Below, piece by piece: positions 26,544 through 35,923 of a stretch of DNA of 57,111 bases. A program made the translations under genes and the position numbers. The notes below the pieces were generated by a model. The model saw only the letters and a program-made list of their open reading frames with translations, was not told the DNA's origin and searched no databases. Each line of letters opens with the position of its first letter. The stretch's first letter is position 1. The DNA lies in contig JAVHOV010000007.1 in NCBI GenBank assembly GCA_036170245.1, positions 1 to 57,111 of the forward strand, read 5' to 3'. This DNA comes from an archaeon. Lineage in GTDB: Archaea; Iainarchaeota; Iainarchaeia; Iainarchaeales; JAAZKV01.

Positions 26544-27263
26544 TTATTGTTTGTTTTCTTTTTTGTATTCTAAATAGGAATATATTACGACCCAAAGCGA
26601 AGCAAGTAAAAGTGGCAGTATCATGAAGAAAAATGCAAGTTCAGGAATAAATAATCCAATCAGGCAGAGTATTGCGCTTGCTTTGAATAGTTTTCCTGCT
26701 TTGGCATGTGTTTTTTCCCAGACAGCATCGCTGCTAATAGTCCAGGGAGTTCTTATTCCTATGAAAAAGTTTCTTTTTGTTTTTCTTATTAGTGCTCCTG
26801 TTGAATAAATTAAAACTGCGAATGCAGGAACTAATAATTGTCTTATGTCAAGAGTTATTCCTAAGTTTGCTATAATAATTATTATTTGGAGGTAAAGAAA
26901 GAAACCCATTATTACTGCAATTAGCATGTGGTATTCTTTTCTAAACTCATCTATGTTTCTCTTTAGAGGATCAATTTTTGGTATGAAGTATAGTAAAACT
27001 AGTATTCCTGACATTAGAAGAGGGATTATAAAAAGTCCAAATTCTTTTGGAGTGTATCCGTTTGGGTTTCCCATTAACCCCCAGTGGGTAATTATGCTGC
27101 TTGGAAGACTATTGTAGAATAATGCACTTATAATGAAAGTAATTACTACGCAGCTTATTGAAACTAGAATTGAGTAATTAGGTTTTTGCTTAACAGTTTC
27201 TTTTGCGGCATTTTTTTGGTTTACTGGAGAAATTCGCTTTTTTGGTTTTGTTTTTGATTTCAT
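26544..27263 (-). CDS. DUF1648/SdpI-family membrane protein
   Basis: ITHWGLMGNPNGY (DUF1648-like) followed by an SdpI-like set of TM helices. Confidence 0.55.
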   Translation of the reverse strand: MKSKTKPKKRISPVNQKNAAKETVKQKPNYSILVSISCVVITFIISALFYNSLPSSIITHWGLMGNPNGYTPKEFGLFIIPLLMSGILVLLYFIPKIDPLKRNIDEFRKEYHMLIAVIMGFFLYLQIIIIIANLGITLDIRQLLVPAFAVLIYSTGALIRKTKRNFFIGIRTPWTISSDAVWEKTHAKAGKLFKASAILCLIGLFIPELAFFFMILPLLLASLWVVIYSYLEYKKENKQ

Positions 27264-27353
27264 TCAATTAAGGTTTAGGGTTTGGTTGTATTTAAGTGTT
27301 GGCTTTTTTTGTTAGTAGGAAGTTTTTTATTGCTTTGACTGGTCTATTCTTGC

Positions 27354-27854
27354 ATGTACCCTGAAGGAAATATTATCAAACACAAGGAATTTGTTGCTAA
27401 AACTCCTGTTTTGCCTGAGCGTAACGTTGTTGGGATAATTACTTTTGACGGCGAGAAATTCTTGCTTCTTCACAGATTATTAAACTGGTCCGGCTGGGAG
27501 TATGCTAAGGGCGGAATTGAAGAAGGGGAAAAAATAGAAAATGCAATTGGACGAGAACTGTTTGAAGAAACAGGTATTCCTAAATTTGAAATGATTAGCA
27601 AAGTTGATGAGTATTACTTTTTGAATAAAATCACTGGGAAAAATGTTCATGTGCAGAATTATGTTGTTAGAGTTTCAAGCAATAATAGAATTAATTTTGA
27701 TAATCAGCCTGTTGTTGATGGAAAAGTAATCTTAGAGCATGATGATTTCAAGTGGTGTTTTCCTATGGAAGCAGTTAAAATGATTACTCATGATAATTCA
27801 AAGAGAAGCTTGAAAAAAGCAATTAAAATTTTAGGGTTAAGTCTTGAGAGATAA
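27354..27854 (+). CDS. NUDIX hydrolase
   Basis: Nudix box GGIEEGEKIENAIGRELFEETGI. Confidence 0.8.
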   Translation: MYPEGNIIKHKEFVAKTPVLPERNVVGIITFDGEKFLLLHRLLNWSGWEYAKGGIEEGEKIENAIGRELFEETGIPKFEMISKVDEYYFLNKITGKNVHVQNYVVRVSSNNRINFDNQPVVDGKVILEHDDFKWCFPMEAVKMITHDNSKRSLKKAIKILGLSLER

Positions 27855-27892
27855 CTCTATTTGTTGGACATTATTTGGTTTTGGTGATTTGA

Positions 27893-28081
27893 ATGGATTT
27901 GCCTTTTATTGGTAAGAAAGAAGAAATAAAAGCTGAGAATGAAGAAAAAGTTCCTACTGGTAAATATGAAGAGCCTTGTGCTTTGTGTGGTAAATCTCCT
28001 ACTGAAAAAAAGTGGGGTGGGCAGTTCTTTCACAAGAAATGCTTTCGTCGCATCAAAAAAGGTGCAAGGGGAATGCTTTAA
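27893..28081 (+). CDS. Small Cys-containing (zinc-ribbon-like?) protein
   Basis: 62-aa ORF with CALCG...HKKC. Weak support. Confidence 0.3.
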   Translation: MDLPFIGKKEEIKAENEEKVPTGKYEEPCALCGKSPTEKKWGGQFFHKKCFRRIKKGARGML

Positions 28082-28096
28082 TTTAGCATTTCTTTT

Positions 28097-28357
28097 TTAA
28101 AATCCAATTACTTGAAAACCAAATTTTTCACCATCTTCTTTAGTCCAGAACTTTTGGTTTTTTGTTTTAACTACAAACTTAGCTTTCTTTTTTATTTCTC
28201 TCCCTGTATATTTTTTTGTTTTAGGGTTCCACTCTTTTAGAAGAAGTGTATCTCCTCTTTTTACTTTAAAATCAGCCAATCTTAATTCGTAATTTTTGTT
28301 TCCTTTCTTCACTTCGTTAAAGTATTTTGGCCAAATCTTTTTTTCAATTGTGCTCAT
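28097..28357 (-). CDS. DUF3850 / ASCH-like domain protein
   Basis: KKIWPKYFNEVKKGNKNYELRLADFKVKRGDTLLLKEW matches the DUF3850 pattern. Confidence 0.6.
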   Translation of the reverse strand: MSTIEKKIWPKYFNEVKKGNKNYELRLADFKVKRGDTLLLKEWNPKTKKYTGREIKKKAKFVVKTKNQKFWTKEDGEKFGFQVIGF

Positions 28358-28361
28358 TGTT

Positions 28362-30293
28362 TTAGCCTTTTACAATTAGTATTTCTTTCTTTAATAATTC
28401 GCTAAGTATTTTTCCATCCACTCCTTTGAGTGAACTTTCTTTCATCAAGTCTCCCATTAGTGGTCCTATTGCACCCATTCCTTTTGCTTTTACTAATCCT
28501 TCATTTTTCTTTATGACAATTTGAATAGTTTTTTGGATTTCTTTAGTATCAACTTTGTTGTTTTCTTTTGATAGTATTATTTCTTCCAGTGTTTTTCCTT
28601 TTGAAATTTCAATAACAGCTTCACTTAAATCATTTTTAGATATTTTTCCTTTGCTTTCAGAAAGTAGTAATTGTCTCAAATCTTCGTTAGTTATTTTTTC
28701 TATTTGTATATTGTTTCTCTTTAGTTCAGTTAGAGTTTGAAGTAATAATCCTGCAGCAACTTTTGGATTTGCTCCTTGTGCAATTAATTCCTCAAAGAAT
28801 CTAGCAAAATTATTTAGTTTCATTTCTTCAACGTGGTTTGTGCTTAATCCTAGTTTTGTGTAATATTCTTCTCTTTCTTTTACGCTTTTTGGTAATCCTT
28901 TTTTTAGAACAGTAACATATTTTGGATCAATTTCTCTGAATGGTATATCAGTTTCAGGGTACATTCTTGCTTCCCCTGCAATTGGCCTTTGGTATTCGCT
29001 TGAACCGTCTTCAAGTGCTCCTCGTGTTTCCATTGGAACTTTTTCAAATGCAACTTGTGTTCTAGCTTTTATTGCTTCAAATGCTTTCTCTGCTCTTTCT
29101 TTCTCTGCTACAATTAAAATAAAATTATCTTCATTATTGCACTTCAGTGCTTTAACTATTTCATCAACTTCTTTTTGAGTGATTCCGTAATTTGGCAATT
29201 CATCTCTGTGAAGCAGTCCGCTAACTCCTGTAGCTTTTCCATATGCACTTAATTCAGAACCAAATCTCTTTGCTCCAACTTTTTCTCCTAAAATTCCTTT
29301 CATTTTGTTTAATTTGATCCCAAATACTGTTCGTGGTGAAGCCGTCGCTTCACTACGCCCTGCAAAAGCCCCTGCTTTTGCTGGGTTGCCTTTAACGAAT
29401 TTGCATTCAGTGTTTTTGAAAATGTTTGTTACTTCCATTTCGTTTTGGAATATTTCTTCTCTTTCTTTAGCATTAAATTTTTTGTTCAAAATTTCTTTAA
29501 TTTTAAGTAAATCAACTTGTCTTTCTGCTTCGCATTCAACAACAGTTTTTATTTGTTCAAGATCCTGGCATCCCTTAATTTCGCATCTGTTTCCCTCTGC
29601 GATTGAAACATTAACATCCTGTCTGATAGTTCCTTTTCCTCTTTTTGTGCTGCATGTTAGTCTCATTAGTTCTCCAATCTTTTTGGCGGTTTCGAAAGCT
29701 TCTTCTGGCGTTTTAATATCAGGGTCAGTTGCTAGTTCAATTAATGGAATTCCAAGTCTATCTAAATTGTAGTAAATTTTTCCTGCTTCTTTTTTTATTG
29801 GTCTTGCTGCATCTTCTTCTAGAACTATAGTTTGTACCCCTATTCTTTTTTGTCCTTCGCTTGTTGGAATATTCAGTTCTCCGCCTAAGGATACTAGGGT
29901 AGTTCTCTGAAATGCGCTAGTGTTTGATCCGTCAATTACTGTTTTTCTCATTGTAACAAGTTTATCCACTGGGTGCGAGTTGCATAACAGTGATACTTCA
30001 AGAACAGTTTTTAGTGCTCCCTCATCCATTTCTTGGGGAGGTTCTTCATCTAGTTCAATTAGTGAAATGTTTTCTTTTTTTCCTGAGTAATAAAATGTTT
30101 CGTTTCTTTTGAATGCATCAAGGGCAGTTTTATCGTATTCTCCTAGTTCGCTTGCAACCGGTCGGAGTTTTCTTTCTACAGTAAAATCAAATTCGTCGCT
30201 TAATACACTTGGTGTTCGCATAAATAGTTTTCCAGTGTCAAGCTGTTGGTGTACTTCAAGTCCGACTTTTAGTCCAAGTTTTTTATAATCCAT
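28362..30293 (-). CDS. gatE: Glu-tRNA(Gln) amidotransferase subunit E
   Basis: GLKVGLEVHQQL, a GatB/E catalytic core and a C-terminal GatB/YqeY-like tail. 643 aa. Confidence 0.9.
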   Translation of the reverse strand: MDYKKLGLKVGLEVHQQLDTGKLFMRTPSVLSDEFDFTVERKLRPVASELGEYDKTALDAFKRNETFYYSGKKENISLIELDEEPPQEMDEGALKTVLEVSLLCNSHPVDKLVTMRKTVIDGSNTSAFQRTTLVSLGGELNIPTSEGQKRIGVQTIVLEEDAARPIKKEAGKIYYNLDRLGIPLIELATDPDIKTPEEAFETAKKIGELMRLTCSTKRGKGTIRQDVNVSIAEGNRCEIKGCQDLEQIKTVVECEAERQVDLLKIKEILNKKFNAKEREEIFQNEMEVTNIFKNTECKFVKGNPAKAGAFAGRSEATASPRTVFGIKLNKMKGILGEKVGAKRFGSELSAYGKATGVSGLLHRDELPNYGITQKEVDEIVKALKCNNEDNFILIVAEKERAEKAFEAIKARTQVAFEKVPMETRGALEDGSSEYQRPIAGEARMYPETDIPFREIDPKYVTVLKKGLPKSVKEREEYYTKLGLSTNHVEEMKLNNFARFFEELIAQGANPKVAAGLLLQTLTELKRNNIQIEKITNEDLRQLLLSESKGKISKNDLSEAVIEISKGKTLEEIILSKENNKVDTKEIQKTIQIVIKKNEGLVKAKGMGAIGPLMGDLMKESSLKGVDGKILSELLKKEILIVKG

Positions 30294-30364
30294 TTTTTGT
30301 TCAACTCTTTAACTATAGTTTTTGTTATATTAAAATTAGATTGAGAAAGGATTAAAAAATAGTT

Positions 30365-30388
30365 AAAGCGACTAAATTCAGTCGCTTT
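30365..30388 (-). terminator. Hairpin downstream of the Tyr-rich peptide gene
   Basis: AAAGCGACT-n6-AGTCGCTTT with flanking T/A runs, between the end of the 121-aa gene (30403) and the gatE start (30293). Confidence 0.4.
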
Positions 30389-30402
30389 TTTAATTTAAAA
30401 TT

Positions 30403-30768
30403 TTAGCAGTAACCGTAGTATCCGCACATACTTCCGCCGTATCCTATTGATATTCCCCATCCGTCAGAATCGTAGTATGACATACTTCCGCCGTATCCTC
30501 TATAGGGGTTTACATATGCAGCTGGTGCAGCGTAGGTGTAACCATATGTTGGGTAAACTACTGGCACTGAGTAGTATGATGGATAGTAAGAAGTGTAGTA
30601 AGTTGGGTATGTGTATGCTGTGTAGGGAGTGTATGCTGGTGTTGGGTAGTATACGCTTGAACCATAAGTTCCTGTGTAATAGTATCTATTGAACCCTGAG
30701 TAAGCCATTACTGTGCTTGAAAGCAAAACTAATGCTAATAATATTCCTAAAAGGTATGCATATTTCAT
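30403..30768 (-). CDS. Secreted Tyr/Thr/Pro/Gly-rich low-complexity protein
   Basis: Signal peptide MKYAYLLGILLALVLLSSTVMA, then about 99 residues with about 30 Tyr (hand count), a duplicated GYGGSM motif and a C-terminal Cys. Confidence 0.6.
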   Translation of the reverse strand: MKYAYLLGILLALVLLSSTVMAYSGFNRYYYTGTYGSSVYYPTPAYTPYTAYTYPTYYTSYYPSYYSVPVVYPTYGYTYAAPAAYVNPYRGYGGSMSYYDSDGWGISIGYGGSMCGYYGYC

Positions 30769-30865
30769 CGGACTTCACCTGTATATATTACTCCAAACCA
30801 AGTATATAAACCTTATCCCTCGTTAACCGGAACGAGTTATTAAGTGGTTATTTGGGGGATTTTAT

Positions 30866-32215
30866 TTATTCCTCGGTGTAAGTATCAGTTCTTGTGAATG
30901 GAGTTATTTCTCCTCTTAAGTTCTTTGATAATAGTTCTTTAGCTTCTTTTGCAGAATAATTTCCAAGAAGCCAAGATAATTTCATAATGGCAGTTTCTGG
31001 TAGCATATCTTCACAGTACATTGCGCCAGTTGCAGCAACTTTTCGTAAATTAGTATAAACAGTTGAACTTACTCTTCCGTTTAAGCATTGTGAAGTTATT
31101 CCTACAATGCATCCACTTTCAACTAATTCTTTTAATGCTTTAATGAATGAATCATTTTCTCTTATTGGAGTGTGTCCTAGTCCCGTTCCTTCAATAATAA
31201 GTCCTTTATATTTTTCTTTTTTGTAAAATTCAAGTTCTTTTTCACTGACAAAAGGATGCATTTTAATTAATCCTACTTTTTCTTCAAAATTGTTTATTAA
31301 TTTAAAATTCCCTTTTTGTTTTTCAAATTCATTTTTGTCTTTTATCCATTTTATTTCTTTTGTTCGATAATCAACTAGTGCAATTGGTGTGTCATTTATT
31401 GCTTTAAATGCATCTCTTCTTGAAGTATGCATTTTTCTTACTTTTGTAGCATTAAGTATTGCACAATTATCATCGTTTGTAGAGTTGTGCATGCATACTG
31501 CAACTCCCTTGTAATTTGTTTTTGTAATAAACAATCCAGCGCAAATTAAATTCATTGCAGCGTCAGAACTTCCTCTATCTGAACTTCTTTGTGCTCCGAC
31601 AATTATTACAGGTATTGGACAATTCTCAAGTTCAAATGCGAGTGCAGCTGCGCTGTATCCAAGCATATCCGTTCCGTGTCCGATGATTATTCCCTTTACT
31701 CCTTTTTTTATTTGTTCAGCAACGGTTTGGGAAATTTTTTTCAAATGCACTGTTTGTATATCTTCTGACATCATATTTGCAACAAAAACAGATTCAATGT
31801 TTGCTATTTTTGCTAGTTCCGGAAACATTGTAATTAAATCTTCTAAATTAAATGAGGCGCTTACTCCTCCACCTGAGTAGTTTACTCTTGAAGCAATTGT
31901 TCCTCCAGTGTGGAGTATTGCAATTGTTGAAAGGGTTGGATCTTTTTTGATTTCAATTGTTTTTGCTTTTCCTACTGCCTTTGCTTCGCCTAAAGATTTT
32001 ACATTTTTTATTTTTGTAGTCAAGAATCCTGCATTGTATCCTGAATCAAGTTTAATCATTACTATTTCTTCATTTTTGTCAGAAGGAATTATTATTCCTT
32101 TTATTTTGTTTCCTTCAAAATCAAATTCTATTGAGTTTCCTTCGTTTATAGAATTTTTTTTGTAGAATTCTGTGTTATTCATTTTGATTCCCTTCTGATA
32201 ATTAATTAATTCCAT
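30866..32215 (-). CDS. gatD: Glu-tRNA(Gln) amidotransferase subunit D (asparaginase-like)
   Basis: HTGGTIAS, GHGTDMLGY and an asparaginase fold. 449 aa. An alternative ATG lies at 32182. Confidence 0.9.
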   Translation of the reverse strand: MELINYQKGIKMNNTEFYKKNSINEGNSIEFDFEGNKIKGIIIPSDKNEEIVMIKLDSGYNAGFLTTKIKNVKSLGEAKAVGKAKTIEIKKDPTLSTIAILHTGGTIASRVNYSGGGVSASFNLEDLITMFPELAKIANIESVFVANMMSEDIQTVHLKKISQTVAEQIKKGVKGIIIGHGTDMLGYSAAALAFELENCPIPVIIVGAQRSSDRGSSDAAMNLICAGLFITKTNYKGVAVCMHNSTNDDNCAILNATKVRKMHTSRRDAFKAINDTPIALVDYRTKEIKWIKDKNEFEKQKGNFKLINNFEEKVGLIKMHPFVSEKELEFYKKEKYKGLIIEGTGLGHTPIRENDSFIKALKELVESGCIVGITSQCLNGRVSSTVYTNLRKVAATGAMYCEDMLPETAIMKLSWLLGNYSAKEAKELLSKNLRGEITPFTRTDTYTEE

Positions 32216-32237
32216 GTGCCATCTTTAAAATCTAGTG

Positions 32238-33203
32238 TTAGCAGCTCCCATTCTCGCTTGACTTAACACAGTATGCATAATCCTTGCTTTCTGGAAGGAA
32301 TGTAGTAATTGCATTCTTTTTGTTCCATGCATTTACGCACTCATATGCATCGTTGCATCCTTCACAAGTGTGTAGTTCTTTGTAATTATTATTTTTTGCA
32401 CTATATACTGTTTCCCCGATTCCTGTAGCTGTGCAGAAATTATTTTCCATTTTGTTAAAATCCACTGATCTTTCATTAAAACCCGCATTATTAGCTTCAA
32501 ACTTTATAGTGGCTCTGTATTCTCCGAGGTTTGCAGGGTTAACTTCCCAGTACAAGATTTTCTTTTCATTTGGTTGAATCAGCTCAACTTCCTGTACATC
32601 TGTTTCATAATTTGTCTGTATCCATTTTTCACTTGCTTTTTTATACAATTTTAGTGTTGCGCTTCCTTGTGCAAGAGTAGAGGTTCCTGAATTTGTAAGA
32701 GTAACTTTTATCTCAGTGTTTCCCATAGAATTTTCTCCAATATTTTCTACACTTTCAATTTCTGCTTGTGCAGGGGAAGTTCCTACAAATACTTTGCAGG
32801 TGTTTATCTGTTCTATATCAACGCATCGAACAAAAGTATTAATTTTTTTTGTTTGCACTGCTTGCATGTAATCATAATCCCATTCAAAGTATTTGTCACA
32901 AGTTTGGTTTTTGATTTGCTGGCTTTTTCTTACACAACAGTAATCAGGGTTTATACATTCAATTGATAATAAAACTCCTTGGGGGGCAAGTCCGGATGAA
33001 CTCATTAAATTATTTTTTTCATAATTTAGTGTGCCTACAAGGAATGTTTTTCCTAAATTAGGGTCAAGTCTTGCTTCATCAAGGGATTTTTTTATTAAAG
33101 TAGAATTGTTTTCAGCACCGGGAAAGTTTTGTGCAAGTGCAAGGAATACTGCAACAAGTGCTATTGCAGCAATTGCGTATATCAAAAGATCAAATGTGTT
33201 CAT
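32238..33203 (-). CDS. Cys-rich extracellular protein with N-terminal hydrophobic anchor
   Basis: N-terminal TM helix LLIYAIAAIALVAVFLALA, about 17 Cys (hand count) and a CARDB-like segment NTEIKVTLTNSGTST. Confidence 0.45.
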   Translation of the reverse strand: MNTFDLLIYAIAAIALVAVFLALAQNFPGAENNSTLIKKSLDEARLDPNLGKTFLVGTLNYEKNNLMSSSGLAPQGVLLSIECINPDYCCVRKSQQIKNQTCDKYFEWDYDYMQAVQTKKINTFVRCVDIEQINTCKVFVGTSPAQAEIESVENIGENSMGNTEIKVTLTNSGTSTLAQGSATLKLYKKASEKWIQTNYETDVQEVELIQPNEKKILYWEVNPANLGEYRATIKFEANNAGFNERSVDFNKMENNFCTATGIGETVYSAKNNNYKELHTCEGCNDAYECVNAWNKKNAITTFLPESKDYAYCVKSSENGSC

Positions 33204-33215
33204 TTAATTCCCTTT

Positions 33216-33428
33216 TTATTTTAATGTTCTTACCTCTGCTTTTAGAACTATTTCCGCAATTTTTTTTGCAATCATTACAAAAATAAGCAATCCTACAAAA
33301 AGCAGCCAATTATCCATGTAAAAGAATAGGTCTTTCCATTCTTTTGCCCATAATTCAAGTCCGAATAACGCCCAAGCCAGGATAATGAATGTTATGAGTA
33401 TCAGTATCCATTTAGTTGTAGTATTCAT
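33216..33428 (-). CDS. Small two-TM membrane protein
   Basis: 70-aa ORF with two hydrophobic helices and an ATG start. Confidence 0.4.
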   Translation of the reverse strand: MNTTTKWILILITFIILAWALFGLELWAKEWKDLFFYMDNWLLFVGLLIFVMIAKKIAEIVLKAEVRTLK

Positions 33429-33494
33429 TTTCTCTATAGTTAAATAGTTTTTTTTAATACTTAAACTTTGCTGGGGAAGATTTTTTTGGGTTAA

Positions 33495-35336
33495 TTAGTT
33501 TTGAGTTTCTTCCATTTGCACTCTTTTTTGTATTTTGAACATCTGCTTTACTTCACTAGTTGTAGTTGATTGTTCTGGCTTTTTATCACTTCTTAGTTTT
33601 ATCATTCTTGGAAATCTTAAAGCATATCCTGTTCCATTGTCTTTGCCACATGAATGCATTGGGCTTTTTGTTATTTCGTCAGCCCTAGTTTCGATTACAT
33701 ATTTTGGACTTACCCAATAATCAGGTTCTACTTCGCTTATTACTCGTGCAGGTTTATTTTTTACTTTGTCCTTGAATAGCATTTCCTGCATTTGGGTTAA
33801 AGTACTTTCAGTTAGTCCAGTTCCTATTTTCGCAACACTTTCAAAAGTATCATTCTGTTCATTGTATGCTGCAACAAGCAGTGCTCCAAGTCCAAATTCA
33901 GTTCGTTTTCCTTTGCCCCCATAGTATCCAATTACTGTCAAGTCAAGTGTGTCACTCAGAGTTCCTTTGTAAGATCGTTTTAGTTTAATCCATGCAAATT
34001 TTCTTGCTCCTGCAATATACGGTGCACTTAAGTCTTTTGCAATTATTCCTTCAAGGCCTCGAGAAATTGCATCTTCAAAGAAATCTTCCAGATCTTTTGC
34101 ATTGTCAATTATTTTTTGCTCGCTTAATTTAATCAACCCGCCTTCGCGGACGATGCTCAAAAGTTTTTTTCTTCTTTCAACTAAAGGTTTATCCATATAG
34201 TTTTCATGGTCAACATACATTACATCAAACAAAAATAAATTAAGCGGGTACTCTTTTGCTTTTTTTTCTATTTCATATTTTCTTTTTCTTTGTATTGTAA
34301 CTTGGAATGGATAATATTCTTGTGTGTCTTCGTTAAATGCAAGTGCTTCTCCTTCTACGATGCATCTTTTTGGAATAATATAATCTTTAACGGCCTTGGT
34401 GATTTCAGGAAACATTCCAGTCATTTCTTCGCTTTGTCTTGAAAATATTTTTACATTATCCCCATCTTTTGATATTTGCAATCTAAATCCGTCATACTTT
34501 GCTTCAACTGCGCATTTTCCAAGTTTTTCAATAATTTCTTTAGCACTTGGCAATCTTTCTGCAGCAGTTGGTCTAATTGGGGTTCCTGGTTTTATTTTTA
34601 TTTCATTTAATCCTTTGATTCCTTGTGTTTTTAGGATTTGTGCAATTTCTCCTAAATCTGAATCAACGTTATATGCGCTTTCAATTTTTTCTCTTAGTTC
34701 TACTTTTATTTTTCTTCCTTCATCAGTTATTTCTTTTTCTTCTTTTTTACTTGAAGCATTTTCTTTTTTTGTTTTCAAATTATCCTGTTCTTCTTTTGTC
34801 AAAAGCATTGCGTAAGCATCCATTATTGTAGGGTCCCCTACTCCGAGTCTGATATTTCCTAATGGGATTCTTGCAATGTACCTTGATTCTATTGGACTTG
34901 CATAATTGAATAATTCTGCCAAAACTTTGGTTTTTAGGTCCTGGCTTCCGTTCCCTTCTGATTCCGACATTTTTTTTAAGTTAGTGAAAACTTTTTCTAC
35001 GCTGAGTTCTTGTGTTTGCAGTGATAATTGTTTTTTCTTTTTTAAAAATTCTTCAGCAGTATTTCCAAGGTCCCCAGTTTTATTAAATGATTTTTCAACT
35101 TCTTCCCTATTGAATCCAGTTGCTTTTGCAATTCCTTCTGCAATTAGTTTTTCTCCGAACCCAATTTCTTTTCCTTCGAATTGTGGTGCAATTCTTCCTT
35201 GAAGTAAATAAACTACTTTCTTTGAATCACTAGCTGGAGTTAAAGCAAATAATTCTGCTAAATAATCAGTCATCACAAGTCTTGATGAGGCATTCTCGAT
35301 TTTATCAAAGTATTCTGCAACTTCTAAGAATCGCAT
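33495..35336 (-). CDS. lig: ATP-dependent DNA ligase
   Basis: Adenylation motif EAKYDGFRLQI, EGEALA, LFLFDVMY, EGIIAK and KLKRSY motifs. 613 aa. Confidence 0.9.
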   Translation of the reverse strand: MRFLEVAEYFDKIENASSRLVMTDYLAELFALTPASDSKKVVYLLQGRIAPQFEGKEIGFGEKLIAEGIAKATGFNREEVEKSFNKTGDLGNTAEEFLKKKKQLSLQTQELSVEKVFTNLKKMSESEGNGSQDLKTKVLAELFNYASPIESRYIARIPLGNIRLGVGDPTIMDAYAMLLTKEEQDNLKTKKENASSKKEEKEITDEGRKIKVELREKIESAYNVDSDLGEIAQILKTQGIKGLNEIKIKPGTPIRPTAAERLPSAKEIIEKLGKCAVEAKYDGFRLQISKDGDNVKIFSRQSEEMTGMFPEITKAVKDYIIPKRCIVEGEALAFNEDTQEYYPFQVTIQRKRKYEIEKKAKEYPLNLFLFDVMYVDHENYMDKPLVERRKKLLSIVREGGLIKLSEQKIIDNAKDLEDFFEDAISRGLEGIIAKDLSAPYIAGARKFAWIKLKRSYKGTLSDTLDLTVIGYYGGKGKRTEFGLGALLVAAYNEQNDTFESVAKIGTGLTESTLTQMQEMLFKDKVKNKPARVISEVEPDYWVSPKYVIETRADEITKSPMHSCGKDNGTGYALRFPRMIKLRSDKKPEQSTTTSEVKQMFKIQKRVQMEETQN

Positions 35337-35430
35337 TTTTTCACTTTCTTTTTATTTTGTTTATCCTAATTATATTAGTTCAATTAATCTTTTATATTGC
35401 ATTAGGAGTTGTTTATTTAGTGTATTAAAA

Positions 35431-35883
35431 ATGGCTTGGGGAATTGAAGCATTTGCGTTTTTTGATCCTTTTTACTGGGGTGCTGAAGGAGTAATTCTTA
35501 GTTTCATTTTATGGACTATCTTTGCTTATCTTGGTTCAAGAGGAAGTTCTGAAAAACCTCTTGAAGAAGCAATGCAGGTTGTAGGGTATACTTTCGGAGT
35601 AGGGTTATTATTAGATTTTATGGCGATCCCTTCTTTATGGGTTGCAGTTGGAATGACTATAGGGTATGTTCTTGCAACAAGGTATGTCGTTAAATGGGAT
35701 TGGAGTAAAACTATTTTTATTCTAGTTACAATTTTCATAAACTTTTCAATTTTAGTATTGCTTCCTGATTCATTGCGTTCAATCTTTCTTTGGGGAGTAC
35801 TGATTATGATGCTTCTTTTCTTAAGTCAGGAAAGGATTAGAAGGAAAAAAATCAAAGAAGAAACTAAATCTGAAAAGAAATAA
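35431..35883 (+). CDS. Membrane protein, function unknown
   Basis: 150-aa ORF with 4 hydrophobic helices and a basic C-terminus. Confidence 0.45.
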   Translation: MAWGIEAFAFFDPFYWGAEGVILSFILWTIFAYLGSRGSSEKPLEEAMQVVGYTFGVGLLLDFMAIPSLWVAVGMTIGYVLATRYVVKWDWSKTIFILVTIFINFSILVLLPDSLRSIFLWGVLIMMLLFLSQERIRRKKIKEETKSEKK

Positions 35884-35923
35884 TTTTTTTTATATTTCTT
35901 TTTTTATTTTGCCAAAATATTTT

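Noticed and set aside
29305-29772. 155-aa + strand ORF inside gatE; similar shadow ORFs lie inside lig (34396-34815, 34906-35202), gatD (31683-32165) and the DUF362 gene (25604-26012)
   Set aside because: They are antisense to strongly supported conserved genes.
11040-32215. Co-occurrence of GatCAB and GatDE as something unusual
   Set aside because: This is the normal situation in archaea that lack both AsnRS and GlnRS. GatDE serves Gln-tRNA and GatCAB serves Asn-tRNA.
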